Shown: positions 45,324 to 55,188, numbered from the stretch's first letter. The stretch is 64,000 nt of DNA from Deltaproteobacteria bacterium (GCA_027028245.1 JALVJO010000021.1:7639-71638), one strand, 5' to 3'. Notes: generated by a model not told the origin, from the sequence alone. Numbers and translations: made by a program.

Positions 45324-46130
45324 TTACCTGATGACAAGCCCTGCGTAACCCACTACCCTGGCGTAGTCGCCGTTGATCTCCCCGGAATTTGCATATTTAA
45401 TCAGTTCTGCCCGGGATGCCCCCATCTGGTTCGAGGCTTCCAGAACTGCAGTAGTAGGCACGTAGCCGCACATGGTTATGCCGTTTTCCTTTACGGTATT
45501 GTAAAGACCCGCCGGGTCCATGGCCAGAATCTGCTTTATGGCCATGCTGTCAAGCTCCTTTGCAATCTCAGCACTGACATAGTGGCTCATGTCCGTGCTC
45601 GCCACCATCAGAAAACCCTTGTCGAAGGAAGCTGCAGCAGACGCCAATGCACGGCCTATTTCCAGACATGATTCCAGATCCAGGGGGCCGAGACAGATAG
45701 GTACTATCTTGAGATCCGGCTGGAGAAACTGGAGAAAGGGTACCTGCACCTCCAGGGAGTGTTCGTAGAGATGGGCCTGATATCCTTCCTGAAGGACAGA
45801 AGACATGGAAAGTATGGCAGAAGCCAGATCCTGGGCTACAGGCACATCCCCAAGGGGCATCTGCCATATCCCCTCGGTCATTATCTCTGCATAGGAGCCG
45901 TAGCCGGTATGGTTCGGGCCCAGGATTACTACATGTTCCGGTACCTTGACCCTGCTGAATACAGCTCCGGCCACATGTCCTGAATAGATATAGCCGGCGT
46001 GGGGACTGACGGCTGCGATTGCCGGCTGGGCATGAGCCGTGGTAGGGATTAAGTGGGCAAGCTCTGATCTGAGCCTGACAGGATCTCCTTCATAAAACTG
46101 GTTTGCTACTGCCGGCCGTCTCAAAAGCAT
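45324..46130 (-). CDS. MEMO1-family protein (AmmeMemoRadiSam system protein B)
   Basis: RRPAVANQFY...AAVSPHAGYIYSG...ILGPNH...DMSHY pattern. ATG 46130 is preceded by AGGAG at 7 nt; the track ORF extends to 46208. Confidence 0.85.
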   Translation of the reverse strand: MLLRRPAVANQFYEGDPVRLRSELAHLIPTTAHAQPAIAAVSPHAGYIYSGHVAGAVFSRVKVPEHVVILGPNHTGYGSYAEIMTEGIWQMPLGDVPVAQDLASAILSMSSVLQEGYQAHLYEHSLEVQVPFLQFLQPDLKIVPICLGPLDLESCLEIGRALASAAASFDKGFLMVASTDMSHYVSAEIAKELDSMAIKQILAMDPAGLYNTVKENGITMCGYVPTTAVLEASNQMGASRAELIKYANSGEINGDYARVVGYAGLVIR

Positions 46131-46206
46131 ATCTTTACTCCTTAGGATATTCTCCCCCTTGATGAAAGGGCTATATTTACTCCAATATGGTATTAAAAAG
46201 ATAATC

Positions 46207-47172
46207 ATGCACTCAAAGCTGTCCAGTCACATATATTCCTCAGAGGCACCCGGCAGCCGAGGACCTGTTCGTGCTGCCGATCTGGAAGAAGGTGTCAGAT
46301 ACAATCTTTACGCAGACCTGCCCCTTTTGATTAGAAGCAAGGACCAGGCCCGCAGGGTGGGCAGGCGGGCACAGGATTTCTTGGGGCAGATAATTTACCT
46401 GCACAAGGCAGAAAGGCTCATGGATATTGCCAGGGAAGCCATCATTGAATCAGATAGACGGCGGCAGACCTTCAGCAGCTGCAGAGTGTGGTGGGCCGGC
46501 AGCCTTTCAGGTGCCAAGGGAAGGATGAATCGGCAGTGGCAGGCGGACCCAGGAGGCATTTACCTTTGCATAGCCATTTATCCGGCGCTGCTTCGTGAAA
46601 GATGGCAGCTTTACAACATTGCAGCAGGCGTCGGGATCTGCGAGATATTGAGGGAATGGGGTGTAGAAGCCGAGATCAGGTGGCTAAACGACATCCTTTT
46701 AAGGGGGAAAAAGACAGCCGGCATCCTGACAGAAACCATGACCGCACCCTGCATGGGAGAACAATATCTTCTGACCGGGGTGGGCATAAATGCCAATCAG
46801 CGGCATTTTGCACCTGAAATAAGGGGTGCTTCCACTTCCCTTTTCATTGAAACCGGCAGAAACTGGCCCATTTTAGATCTCGGAGTCCATGTGCTTTCCA
46901 GGATTGCCATTTATTATGCACTGCTCCATGACTGGGAAGCATCTTTTCTGGGTGAAGATGCAGGTGCAGGAAACTGCTGCCCGGTTATAAAGGCCTACAA
47001 GGGACTTTGCCGGTCAACCGGCCGAAAGGTCCGGTATGGAAGAGACCTGGAAAACACACCGGGCATACCGGCCGTGGCTGGAAAAATTACACAGGAAGGG
47101 GCACTTATGCTCGTCCTGGAGGACGGCCGTGAAATAACAGCAGATACCGGGGAAATCCGCTATCTTGACTAA
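46207..47172 (+). CDS. Biotin-protein ligase family protein (divergent BirA-like, no recognisable HTH)
   Basis: GAKGRMNRQW (variant of GRGRxGRxW) and WLNDILLRGKKTAGILTE (catalytic Lys region). SH3-like C-terminus. Confidence 0.75.
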   Translation: MHSKLSSHIYSSEAPGSRGPVRAADLEEGVRYNLYADLPLLIRSKDQARRVGRRAQDFLGQIIYLHKAERLMDIAREAIIESDRRRQTFSSCRVWWAGSLSGAKGRMNRQWQADPGGIYLCIAIYPALLRERWQLYNIAAGVGICEILREWGVEAEIRWLNDILLRGKKTAGILTETMTAPCMGEQYLLTGVGINANQRHFAPEIRGASTSLFIETGRNWPILDLGVHVLSRIAIYYALLHDWEASFLGEDAGAGNCCPVIKAYKGLCRSTGRKVRYGRDLENTPGIPAVAGKITQEGALMLVLEDGREITADTGEIRYLD

Positions 47173-48315
47173 GCTTGTGCCGCCCTTGCATCGGCATTTT
47201 GTTCCAGGAAGCTTTCAATGAAACGGTCCAGGTCCCCGTCCATAACATCGTTAACCCTGCCGGTTTCCATGCCTGTGCGATGATCCTTCACCATCTGGTA
47301 AGGGTGCATTACGTAGGAGCGTATCTGGCTCCCCCACCCTATATCCTTCTTCTGATCATGGAGGCGCTGTTTTTCCTGTTCCCTCTTTTCCTGTTCCAGT
47401 TCATACAGCCTTGCCTTCAAGATCTTCATGGCAATGGCCTTGTTCTTGTGCTGGCTTCTTTCATTCTGGCACTGAACCACGATTCCAGTAGGAATGTGCG
47501 TAATGCGTACCGCCGAACTGGTCTTGTTGACGTGCTGGCCTCCTGCACCGCTTGCCCTGTAGGTATCTATCCTGAGATCCTTTTCATCTATCTGAACATC
47601 TATAGACTCATCCAGTTCAGGCACAACAAACACCGATGCAAAGGAGGTATGCCTTCGGCCCGAGGCATCAAAAGGAGATATCCTTACCAGCCTGTGAACG
47701 CCCGCCTCGGATTTCAGATAGCCATAGGCGAACTGCCCTTTGACCAGGAATGTTGCCCCCTTTATCCCTGCTTCCTCCCCGGGCATCATATCCAGCATTC
47801 TTACCTGGAAACCCTGGCGTTCACACCAGCGCAGATACATCCTGAGCAGCATGTCTGCCCAATCCTGTGCCTCCGTGCCACCGGCACCTGAATGAATGGT
47901 GACAATGGCATTGCTGGAATCATGCTCACCGGACAGGAGCCTTTGAAGCTCTGCACGTTTTACCTCGCGCTCCAGCCTTGAAAGCTCCCGGGAAACCTCA
48001 TGGAGTGTGGCCTCATCATCTTCTTCCTGGGCCATCTCAAGGAGCAGTTCGAGTTCTTCCTGCTTTTCTTCCAGATTCTCTACTACTTCCTTCTGTCTGG
48101 TGATTAAAGAGCGTTCCTGGAGCAGTTTTGCTGACTCCGGACTTTCCCAGAAGCCCGGCTTAAGCATGACCTTTTCTATTTCATCAAGACGCTGGTCAAG
48201 TTTCTGCCTATCAAAGATAACCTCTTAATATGGCGGTCTTTTTCCCTGTTTCTGCAAGTCTGCCCTTAAGCTCCTGTGTATCAATACCTGGCTGTGTCTG
48301 TTTAATGCTGGCCAT
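47169..48315 (-). CDS. prfB: Peptide chain release factor 2 (requires programmed +1 frameshift)
   Basis: Frame 0 runs ATG 48315...RGY-CTT-TGA (34 codons). The +1 frame continues DRQKLDQRLDEIEKVMLKPGFW... into track ORF 47169..48167. SPF and GGQ motifs are present (ISPFDASG, ASGAGGQHVNK). Confidence 0.93.
48211..48216 (-). other. prfB +1 frameshift site CTT TGA
   Basis: The minus strand reads AGAGGT TAT CTT TGA T. The SD-like AGAGGT lies 3 nt upstream of the slippery CTT, as in the classical RF2 autoregulatory site. Confidence 0.9.
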
Positions 48316-49858
48316 GACCTTTCCTCCATCTTTTTCCCTGATAAAAATAATTCAGCAAGATAAATAACAAATTGACTGCCAAAAACCAAGAGGGCCCATA
48401 CCTGCTGTACAGTGTATCATTTGTCCTCAAACTGACCAGCCCGCTGATAAAGCAGGGCTGAAAAAGTCTGCTTTCAGCAGCAACTTCCCCCCTTGGGGAT
48501 ATAATCCTGCTTATTCCGGTATTTGCCGCCCTTACGATCCATCTTCCTGTTTCCACGGCCCTGAAGACGGCCATGTCTGCGTGCTGAAATGGTGCGGCAG
48601 TCCTGCCGAACCAGGCGTCATTGGTTATGACAGCCAGGAGGTTGGCACCCGACAGTACCTCTTCCCTGGATATCTCCGGAAAAATACTTTCAAAGCATAT
48701 CATGACACCTATCCTGAAGGGGTTGCTCTTCAGGGGGTCGGCGCTTGTCCCTGCACTGAAATCGCCGGCAGTGGGCAGAAACTCCCTGGCCCATGCCGTA
48801 AGAATCCCCCAGGGCATGTATTCCCCGAAGGGCACAAGATGAAGCTTGTCGTACCTGCCCCGAAATGAACCGTCAGGTCCTACAAGGAAGGAACTGTTTC
48901 GATAGTGAATCTTGCCCTGTTTATCGTAGTAATAGGAAGGGCTCCCAAAAAGAATTGAGATATCAAGGGCCTTGGCAAGGCCCGTCACCTCCTGCCTCAG
49001 CCTCCCCTCTTCCTGAAAATAAAAGGGCATGGCGGTTTCCGGCCAGACTGCAAGCTTGAGGTCCGGGAGTTCTTCCTTGGCCTTTGAGGTCAACGTCTTA
49101 TATCTTTCCAGGGTGGCCAGGCGGTACGAAGGGTCCCATTTTACGCTTTGATCAAATGAACCCTGTATGGCAGCCACTCTCACTTCCCCCTTTTCATGGG
49201 CCGAAAGGACATGTCTGCCGTAAATCATGGTGGATGCAGCCGCGGCAACGGCCACTGCAGTGCACCTGCAGATGCAGACCTTATTAATCCTGAAAAAATC
49301 CCTGTTTTCCAGGGCAAGGATGAGCTGCCACAGGGCCAGGTTCATGAACATTATCATAAACCCGACCCCATAGGGACCGACCAGGGCTGCAGACTGTATG
49401 AGAAGAGGAATTCTGCACAGGCTGTATGCCAGAGATCCCCATGGGAAACCGCTTAAAATCGTGCCCCTCAGAAACTCCAGCAGAATCCAGAGGGACGACA
49501 GTGACAGCACTCCCAGACAGGAAATATCCCTTTTTTCAGGCAGGATCCATCTGGCAAGCAGTGCCCAAATGGCCGGATAAAGGGCCAGGTAGCAGACCAG
49601 GGCTGCAAATACGATCCATGCGGCCCAAAGCGGCAGCCTGCCATAAGTTGAGATGGTCGGGGCTATCCACCAAAGAACAGGGCCGAAAAAGGCAAGACCC
49701 CAAAAAAAACCCAGGCGGAAGCTGTTTTTTTTACCTGTCGAATAAACAGAGTGAAAAAATGGTACAAGGGCCACAAAGGAAACAACCCCCAGGGGTGAGC
49801 CCAGATAGGCGGAAGCCAGTATTACAGCAGAAAGGACTGTGAAGAAGATACCAGCCAC
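48302..49858 (-). CDS. lnt: Apolipoprotein N-acyltransferase
   Basis: N-terminal polytopic region plus C-terminal nitrilase-fold domain (VAAIQG...WPE...ICFES). Its stop overlaps the prfB start by 14 nt. Confidence 0.9.
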   Translation of the reverse strand: MAGIFFTVLSAVILASAYLGSPLGVVSFVALVPFFHSVYSTGKKNSFRLGFFWGLAFFGPVLWWIAPTISTYGRLPLWAAWIVFAALVCYLALYPAIWALLARWILPEKRDISCLGVLSLSSLWILLEFLRGTILSGFPWGSLAYSLCRIPLLIQSAALVGPYGVGFMIMFMNLALWQLILALENRDFFRINKVCICRCTAVAVAAAASTMIYGRHVLSAHEKGEVRVAAIQGSFDQSVKWDPSYRLATLERYKTLTSKAKEELPDLKLAVWPETAMPFYFQEEGRLRQEVTGLAKALDISILFGSPSYYYDKQGKIHYRNSSFLVGPDGSFRGRYDKLHLVPFGEYMPWGILTAWAREFLPTAGDFSAGTSADPLKSNPFRIGVMICFESIFPEISREEVLSGANLLAVITNDAWFGRTAAPFQHADMAVFRAVETGRWIVRAANTGISRIISPRGEVAAESRLFQPCFISGLVSLRTNDTLYSRYGPSWFLAVNLLFILLNYFYQGKRWRKGHGQH

Positions 49859-49914
49859 TTTTCATTGGTTCACTTGCATATTAGGACATCACCTGATGTC
49901 TTGAGCCTGGTTCT

Positions 49915-50451
49915 TCAGCCGTGGGTATCATAGGAATAGAGTATCTGTCTCTCCAGGGGAACGCGGTTTTCCGGAAGCCTCGGAGGGGGCCAGCTGGCTG
50001 TCATCTTTATGAGTTCGGCCCTTGTGGGGATGGCTTCCCATCCATAGGCCAGAGCCTTTTTCTTCTTGACATCAATAAAGGAGGCATCAAAAAGATTTGC
50101 CTGCACGGCCCAGGGGACGATATAGTCCATTTCAAGGAGTCTTGCCGCTGCCACTGTACCGGCTTCCCTTGTGATGACAGAACCGGGACCGCCTCTGAGA
50201 ACCATCAGGGATCTTTCCTTGATGCGTACAACCAGGTCCACGTAGGAAATGATCTTTTCATTATTCACCTCCAGCCTGATTTCCCTGTCCAGCTGGAAAT
50301 CGTCTATCCTGTAGCCCTTTTCGTGTACGAGAAATTTTGCAAGTTTCTGCCTGATTCTTTCCCGGTCGGTATCCAGAACGAGTCTTCCTGTGAGAAAACA
50401 GGGAATTTTTACAAAGAGATCATCCTGGTTTATCTGCGAGTGCTGCTGCAT
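49915..50451 (-). CDS. Hypothetical protein (weak resemblance to HsdR-N-terminal/PD-(D/E)xK-like small proteins)
   Basis: 178 aa. E..IRQKLAKFLVHEKGY...VDLVV pattern, but no clear ExK motif. The function call is weak. Confidence 0.5.
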   Translation of the reverse strand: MQQHSQINQDDLFVKIPCFLTGRLVLDTDRERIRQKLAKFLVHEKGYRIDDFQLDREIRLEVNNEKIISYVDLVVRIKERSLMVLRGGPGSVITREAGTVAAARLLEMDYIVPWAVQANLFDASFIDVKKKKALAYGWEAIPTRAELIKMTASWPPPRLPENRVPLERQILYSYDTHG

Positions 50452-50496
50452 ATGCTGTTAAGCCCCATTTATCCTAATTTGATCACACTGCTATAT

Positions 50497-51051
50497 TCAT
50501 TTACACAGCCTTATGTTGTCAACAAAAATCGTCACGGGCCTTTGGGGTGAAACAGTGAAGAACATGAAGGCGCAGATGCTGGACGGATCGAGGTGCCTCC
50601 TGGTGCCGGAAGTCTTGAGATCTGCCAGATCCAGGGTGACAGGGTTTACCCCCTCAGGTAGCTCCACGGTTTTGTTTACCCTGTCTTCATAGGGCGGATC
50701 TTTCCTGTCGTCTATCCTGAAGGTGATGGATAGGGGAAAGGGATTCGGATTGAATATGTCAAGTTTTACCTTGCTTATGCCCTTCCATGGGCCTTTAAGA
50801 TCGGAGATGGCAAATCCGGGATAGGTCTCGGGAGGATACATCTGGACCTCGAGGCTGAAATTGCCGTGCGAGACGTGTTCCAGGCTTCTTTTGTACCAGC
50901 TGTGACATTTCCAGACCAGGCCGTCCAGCTCCTGATCTTCTTCAAAATCGTAGATGAGCCTGCAGGGCTGTACCTCCTGGGGTGAACATGCATGAAAAAA
51001 TACCAGGACCGCAGGCAAGAACAGCAGTGATGCAAAAAAGGCCCGGCACAT
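50497..51051 (-). CDS. Hypothetical lipoprotein
   Basis: Signal peptide with lipobox FFHAC. 184 aa, beta-rich composition, no family recognised. Confidence 0.6.
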   Translation of the reverse strand: MCRAFFASLLFLPAVLVFFHACSPQEVQPCRLIYDFEEDQELDGLVWKCHSWYKRSLEHVSHGNFSLEVQMYPPETYPGFAISDLKGPWKGISKVKLDIFNPNPFPLSITFRIDDRKDPPYEDRVNKTVELPEGVNPVTLDLADLKTSGTRRHLDPSSICAFMFFTVSPQRPVTIFVDNIRLCK

Positions 51052-51107
51052 TCTAAATCAAACGCCTTTCATACTTCAGAAGCTTCATAACAGAGCCACG
51101 TCTGCGT

Positions 51108-53267
51108 TCAAATCAGGGAAAGAGAAGTGTAATCGAGCCTCAAAGTCTTTTCCCCCGCAAGATCAAAGAGCACCTTTACCCTGATCTTGTCCGGTACTTC
51201 CAGGACAGTGCCTTTACCGAATATGGAGTGACGTACCCTGTCTCCTGCCTTCAGGGAACCACTTGTCTTTTTTTCCGGCTGCTGCCTGCCATGGCGAGCA
51301 CCAGCGGAGGCTTGCCTTTCTTCTGCAGGTGCCTGCCTGGCAGGAGCAGGCATCTTCATGCGGGCCAGAAGGTTGTCCGGAATTTCAGTAAGAAATCTGC
51401 TGGGCCGGGCCGGCATGAGCCCTGCACCCTGTACGTTGATAAAGGCTGGATAACAAAAATAGAGATGATCCTTTGCCCTGGTAGATGCCACGTAAAAAAG
51501 ACGCCTTTCCTCCTCGATTTCCTCTGGCCTGTTGTCAGCCATGGGCGAAGGGAAGCGTCCTTCAGCCATGGAGATTACAAAGACCACCTTCCACTCCAGA
51601 CCCTTGGCAGAATGCATGGTGGACAGCACGATCTTTCCGCTTTCGCCTGCGGCCTCATCCTTTTCCGGCGGGTCAAGTGCCAGATCGGAAAGCAGTTCCA
51701 GGGCGTCAGAGTAATTGGCGGACATGGCTTTAAGCTGGGCCAGCTCCTGCATGCGCCTGGGGTAATCGTCGCTGTAGCTGTCTTCCAGGTAAGGCCGGTA
51801 CCAGGAAATGAGCTCTCCCAGCAGTGAAGGGAGCTTGCCTGAAAAATTCTCCAGTGAGATCAGGAGACTTCCGAGATTTCGGACCTCTTCAACCCAGACC
51901 GCGCGGCCCTTGAAATTGGCAAGTGCTTCATAGGCAGATTCGGCCTTTACCATATGTGAAAAGACTTTTTCAGCACTTTTGGGCCCAAGCCGTTTCATAA
52001 GGAGCAGCACCCTGTTAAGGCTCAGCCTGTCTCTGGGATTGATAACAAGCCTCAAAAGGCATATCAGGTCTTTCACGTGGGCGGCATCCACAAGGCGCAT
52101 TCCGCCTCTTTTTACAAATGGAATCCCTGCACTATTCAGCCTTGTTTCAAGCTGGTAGGAGTGAAAGGCAGCCCTGAAAAGGACTGCTATCTCCGAAGGT
52201 TCTGTCCCGCGGTCAAGATGTTCCTGTATGGAGCGGGTTACAAAGGCGGCCTGTTCGTTCTCATCCATTGCAGTAAAAAGGACAGGGGGATTGCCTCCCT
52301 GCCTGTGGGCCGTGAGCCTTTTGGTGAACTTCTGCTTTGCATTGGCAATTATGGCATTGGTACAATCCAGGTTTGGCTGGGTAGTGCGGTAATTTTTTTC
52401 CAGTTTTATGATCCTGGTACCAGGAAACATCCTGGGAAACTCAAGGATATTCTTGAAATTTGCACCCCTGAATGAGTAAATGGATTGGGAATCATCCCCC
52501 ACGGCCATGACATTATCATGGACCGATGCCATGAGCCTGACTATTTCTGCCTGTGCCATGTTGGTATCCTGGTACTCATCCACCATGATATAGCGGAATC
52601 TCTCCCCTGTCTGCTGTCTTACATGCTCGAAGTTTTTGAGTACTGCCAGCCACTTCAGTAAAAGATCATCATAGTCCATGAGTCCGTGGGCTGCCTTGTA
52701 CTTCAAATATGCCTCTTGGAGTTCTCCAATGGGCTGGACATGTTCGGCAAGATGCGGATAATAGTTTTCCAGTACCTCGTCGATCATGGCCCCGGAATTG
52801 GCGGCCTTGCTGAATATGGCGCAAAGTGCCGCCTTTGTGGGAAATTTTTTTCCTTTTCCGATGAATTCCATCTGCTTTGCCAGAAGATGAATGAGATCCT
52901 GGCTGTCTGACTGGTCCATGATTGTAAAACCTGGCGGATAGTCTATGAGATGTGCATATTTCCTGAGCATCCTGTGGCAGAAGCCGTGGAACGTGCCGCC
53001 ATGCACCTGCCGGCATGCAATCCCTCCAAGCCTGGCTGCCCTTTCAAGCATGGTAGCAGCCGCCTTCCTGGTAAAGGTCAAAAGGAGTATATTTTCCGGA
53101 GATGTCCCCTGGAGCACCAGCCTTGCAACCCTGTAGACCAGTGTCCTGGTCTTTCCGCTGCCTGCACCTGCTATGACCAGCAGAGGGCCCTGTTGGTGCA
53201 TGACGGCCTGATACTGGCTGGAATTAAGATCTCTTTCGAAAGAAATCCCCGCAAGATCTTTTTTCAT
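51108..53267 (-). CDS. uvrD: ATP-dependent DNA helicase, UvrD/PcrA/Rep family
   Basis: Walker A AGAGSGKT, DEYQDTN, TMHSAKGLE and the C-terminal VRHSIFGKGTV tudor-like tail. Confidence 0.92.
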   Translation of the reverse strand: MKKDLAGISFERDLNSSQYQAVMHQQGPLLVIAGAGSGKTRTLVYRVARLVLQGTSPENILLLTFTRKAAATMLERAARLGGIACRQVHGGTFHGFCHRMLRKYAHLIDYPPGFTIMDQSDSQDLIHLLAKQMEFIGKGKKFPTKAALCAIFSKAANSGAMIDEVLENYYPHLAEHVQPIGELQEAYLKYKAAHGLMDYDDLLLKWLAVLKNFEHVRQQTGERFRYIMVDEYQDTNMAQAEIVRLMASVHDNVMAVGDDSQSIYSFRGANFKNILEFPRMFPGTRIIKLEKNYRTTQPNLDCTNAIIANAKQKFTKRLTAHRQGGNPPVLFTAMDENEQAAFVTRSIQEHLDRGTEPSEIAVLFRAAFHSYQLETRLNSAGIPFVKRGGMRLVDAAHVKDLICLLRLVINPRDRLSLNRVLLLMKRLGPKSAEKVFSHMVKAESAYEALANFKGRAVWVEEVRNLGSLLISLENFSGKLPSLLGELISWYRPYLEDSYSDDYPRRMQELAQLKAMSANYSDALELLSDLALDPPEKDEAAGESGKIVLSTMHSAKGLEWKVVFVISMAEGRFPSPMADNRPEEIEEERRLFYVASTRAKDHLYFCYPAFINVQGAGLMPARPSRFLTEIPDNLLARMKMPAPARQAPAEERQASAGARHGRQQPEKKTSGSLKAGDRVRHSIFGKGTVLEVPDKIRVKVLFDLAGEKTLRLDYTSLSLI

Positions 53268-53409
53268 GTCAAAAAGCTTTCCGTGATGTTATTTTGTCAT
53301 GCTCTTCATGGGGAAAAACATGAAATTGAGACTTCCCCAGCCTATTTTCTGGCAGGAGAAAAGTCAACGAAGGGACATGGCACAGCCGGTTCCAAAAAGG
53401 GAGAGATCT

Positions 53410-54573
53410 ATGCAGTACATTCCCAGCGGCTTTGGAAAGCTACTGATTCTCGCCTTCATATTCTATCTGAATTTTCTTTCCAGGATCATAGTCTCTCCGC
53501 TGCTGCCAGAAATCAAAGAGGATCTGGCGATTGGTGCAGCGCAGGCCTCGGGGATGTTCATGTTCCTTAGCATTGGTTATTTCACTGCCCTTTTAGGCTC
53601 GGGATTCATCTCTTCCATGATCGGGCACAAAAAATCCATCCTGCTGTCTGTCTGCTGTGCATCATTGTGCCTGGTCATAATAAGTCTGTCCAGCAAGCTT
53701 TACGTCCTCTATGCAGGCTTTCTGGCCCTGGGGCTTGCCACCGGCATCTACCTGCCCTCTGGAATTGCAACCATTGCCTCACTTTTTGACCAGAGATTCT
53801 GGGGAAGGGCCTTTTCCGTGCACGAACTCGCCCCAAACCTTGCCTTCATTACAGCCCCGGTAATCGCTTCCTTCTTCCTTGGAAGGTCTACCTGGCATTA
53901 CCTCATGGCCATTCTGGCTGCAGTGTCGCTGCTGACGGGCATCATCTTTCTCAGGATCAATGCCGGCAATTTTCCAGGAACGGCCCCGAACCTCGCATCA
54001 TGTTCTCTTTACCTGAAAAAAAAGGAATTCTGGCTCATGACAATTCTCTTCGGCCTGGGCATTACCAGCACCCTGGGGGTTTACAATATGCTCCCCCTGT
54101 TTCTTGTCTCGGTACATTCCATGTCCAATGCGGATGCAAATCTCCTGGTGAGCCTTTCCAGAGTAGCCACACTTTTTACCGCAATAGCAGGAGGAGTGCT
54201 GTCAGACCGTTACGGGCCGAGAAACGTAATGGGCTGGATGCTGCTTTTTACAGGTGCAGTAACTGTTGTTCTCGGTCTCACCCATGGAATCATGCTGCAT
54301 ATCAGCGTATTCCTTCAGCCCCTTCTTGCAGTATGTTTTTTCCCCGCTGCCTTTGCAGCCATCTCTGAACTCTCCGGCCCTGAAGACAGAAACCTTTTGA
54401 TCTCAATGGTGGTGCCGTTTGCATTCCTTGGAGGAGGTGGCATCATGCCCTTGATCATAGGTATATTCGCCGACCACGGACTTTTCTCCGAGGGATTCAT
54501 GCTCACAGGGCTTTTCCTTGCCTCCGGCTTCCTGCTCAGCCGGTTCATGCCTATTTCACAAAACAGGGAATGA
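53410..54573 (+). CDS. MFS transporter
   Basis: 12 hydrophobic helices, with the MFS loop motif region SDRYGPRN. Start set at ATG 53410 (GGGAGA 5 nt upstream); the track ORF starts at 53299. Confidence 0.8.
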   Translation: MQYIPSGFGKLLILAFIFYLNFLSRIIVSPLLPEIKEDLAIGAAQASGMFMFLSIGYFTALLGSGFISSMIGHKKSILLSVCCASLCLVIISLSSKLYVLYAGFLALGLATGIYLPSGIATIASLFDQRFWGRAFSVHELAPNLAFITAPVIASFFLGRSTWHYLMAILAAVSLLTGIIFLRINAGNFPGTAPNLASCSLYLKKKEFWLMTILFGLGITSTLGVYNMLPLFLVSVHSMSNADANLLVSLSRVATLFTAIAGGVLSDRYGPRNVMGWMLLFTGAVTVVLGLTHGIMLHISVFLQPLLAVCFFPAAFAAISELSGPEDRNLLISMVVPFAFLGGGGIMPLIIGIFADHGLFSEGFMLTGLFLASGFLLSRFMPISQNRE

Positions 54574-54700
54574 AACAAGGAGGCAGTGTTGCAGATATTC
54601 AAAGCCGCAGGGAGCTTGCAATTTTACTGCATCCCCTCTAGGGTATTGTATGCCAGTTGAAACACCAAACCAAAGTACTGCGAATGCCCCCTCCCCGCCT

Positions 54701-54889
54701 CTTAGGGGCTGTCCTAAAATAATTTACCGATTTCTCATCTCATCTTCAGGCCATCCTGAGCTGAACTTCAATCACAAAATCCTCAACGTAGCCCGGCTAC
54801 GCCTGCGGTTTTGCTCAATCAGTTCAACTCAGCCTGACCTAAATCTGAGCGAACTATCATCCAACTTATTTTTGGACAGCCCCTTAAGC
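54701..54889. repeat. 189 bp imperfect palindrome with about 22 bp terminal inverted repeats
   Basis: cttaggggctgtcctaaaataa (54701-22) pairs with ttatttttggacagccccttaag (54867-89). It is centred on gtagcccggctac (54788-800). The internal arms are about two-thirds complementary by eye. Confidence 0.7.
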
Positions 54890-54951
54890 GAAATTTTAGA
54901 CCCCATATTTAATTAATTGTGTACCCAGAAGGCAAAATTTGGGAAAGTAAT

Positions 54952-54980
54952 CCTGGTATTGCCACAAACCAGGCTTTTTT
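54952..54980 (+). terminator. Possible rho-independent terminator
   Basis: CCTGGT, 10 nt loop, ACCAGG, then CTTTTTT. It lies about 60 nt after the palindromic element. Confidence 0.4.
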
Positions 54981-55188
54981 GCCTCCATTCTATGATGTAT
55001 ACTATGAAATAATCGGAGGTGCAGGCGGACTTGTACCTTCCATCATGATTTTCACCTCGGGGCAGCAATATGCCTTGCCCTGAAGGTTAGAACCAGGATT
55101 ATCTTGTGTGGAGGCTGGGTAATCTCGATCCAGATTGATTTTAACGGCCCTGGTTTGTCAGGCCAGCCTGAAAATCGGAGTATATTAC

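Noticed and set aside
54701-54889. The palindrome as an integron attC site. ATCCAAC at 54859-65 fits RYYYAAC.
   Set aside because: There is no matching GTTRRRY partner at the expected position, no integron integrase or attI nearby, and the length and symmetry are atypical.
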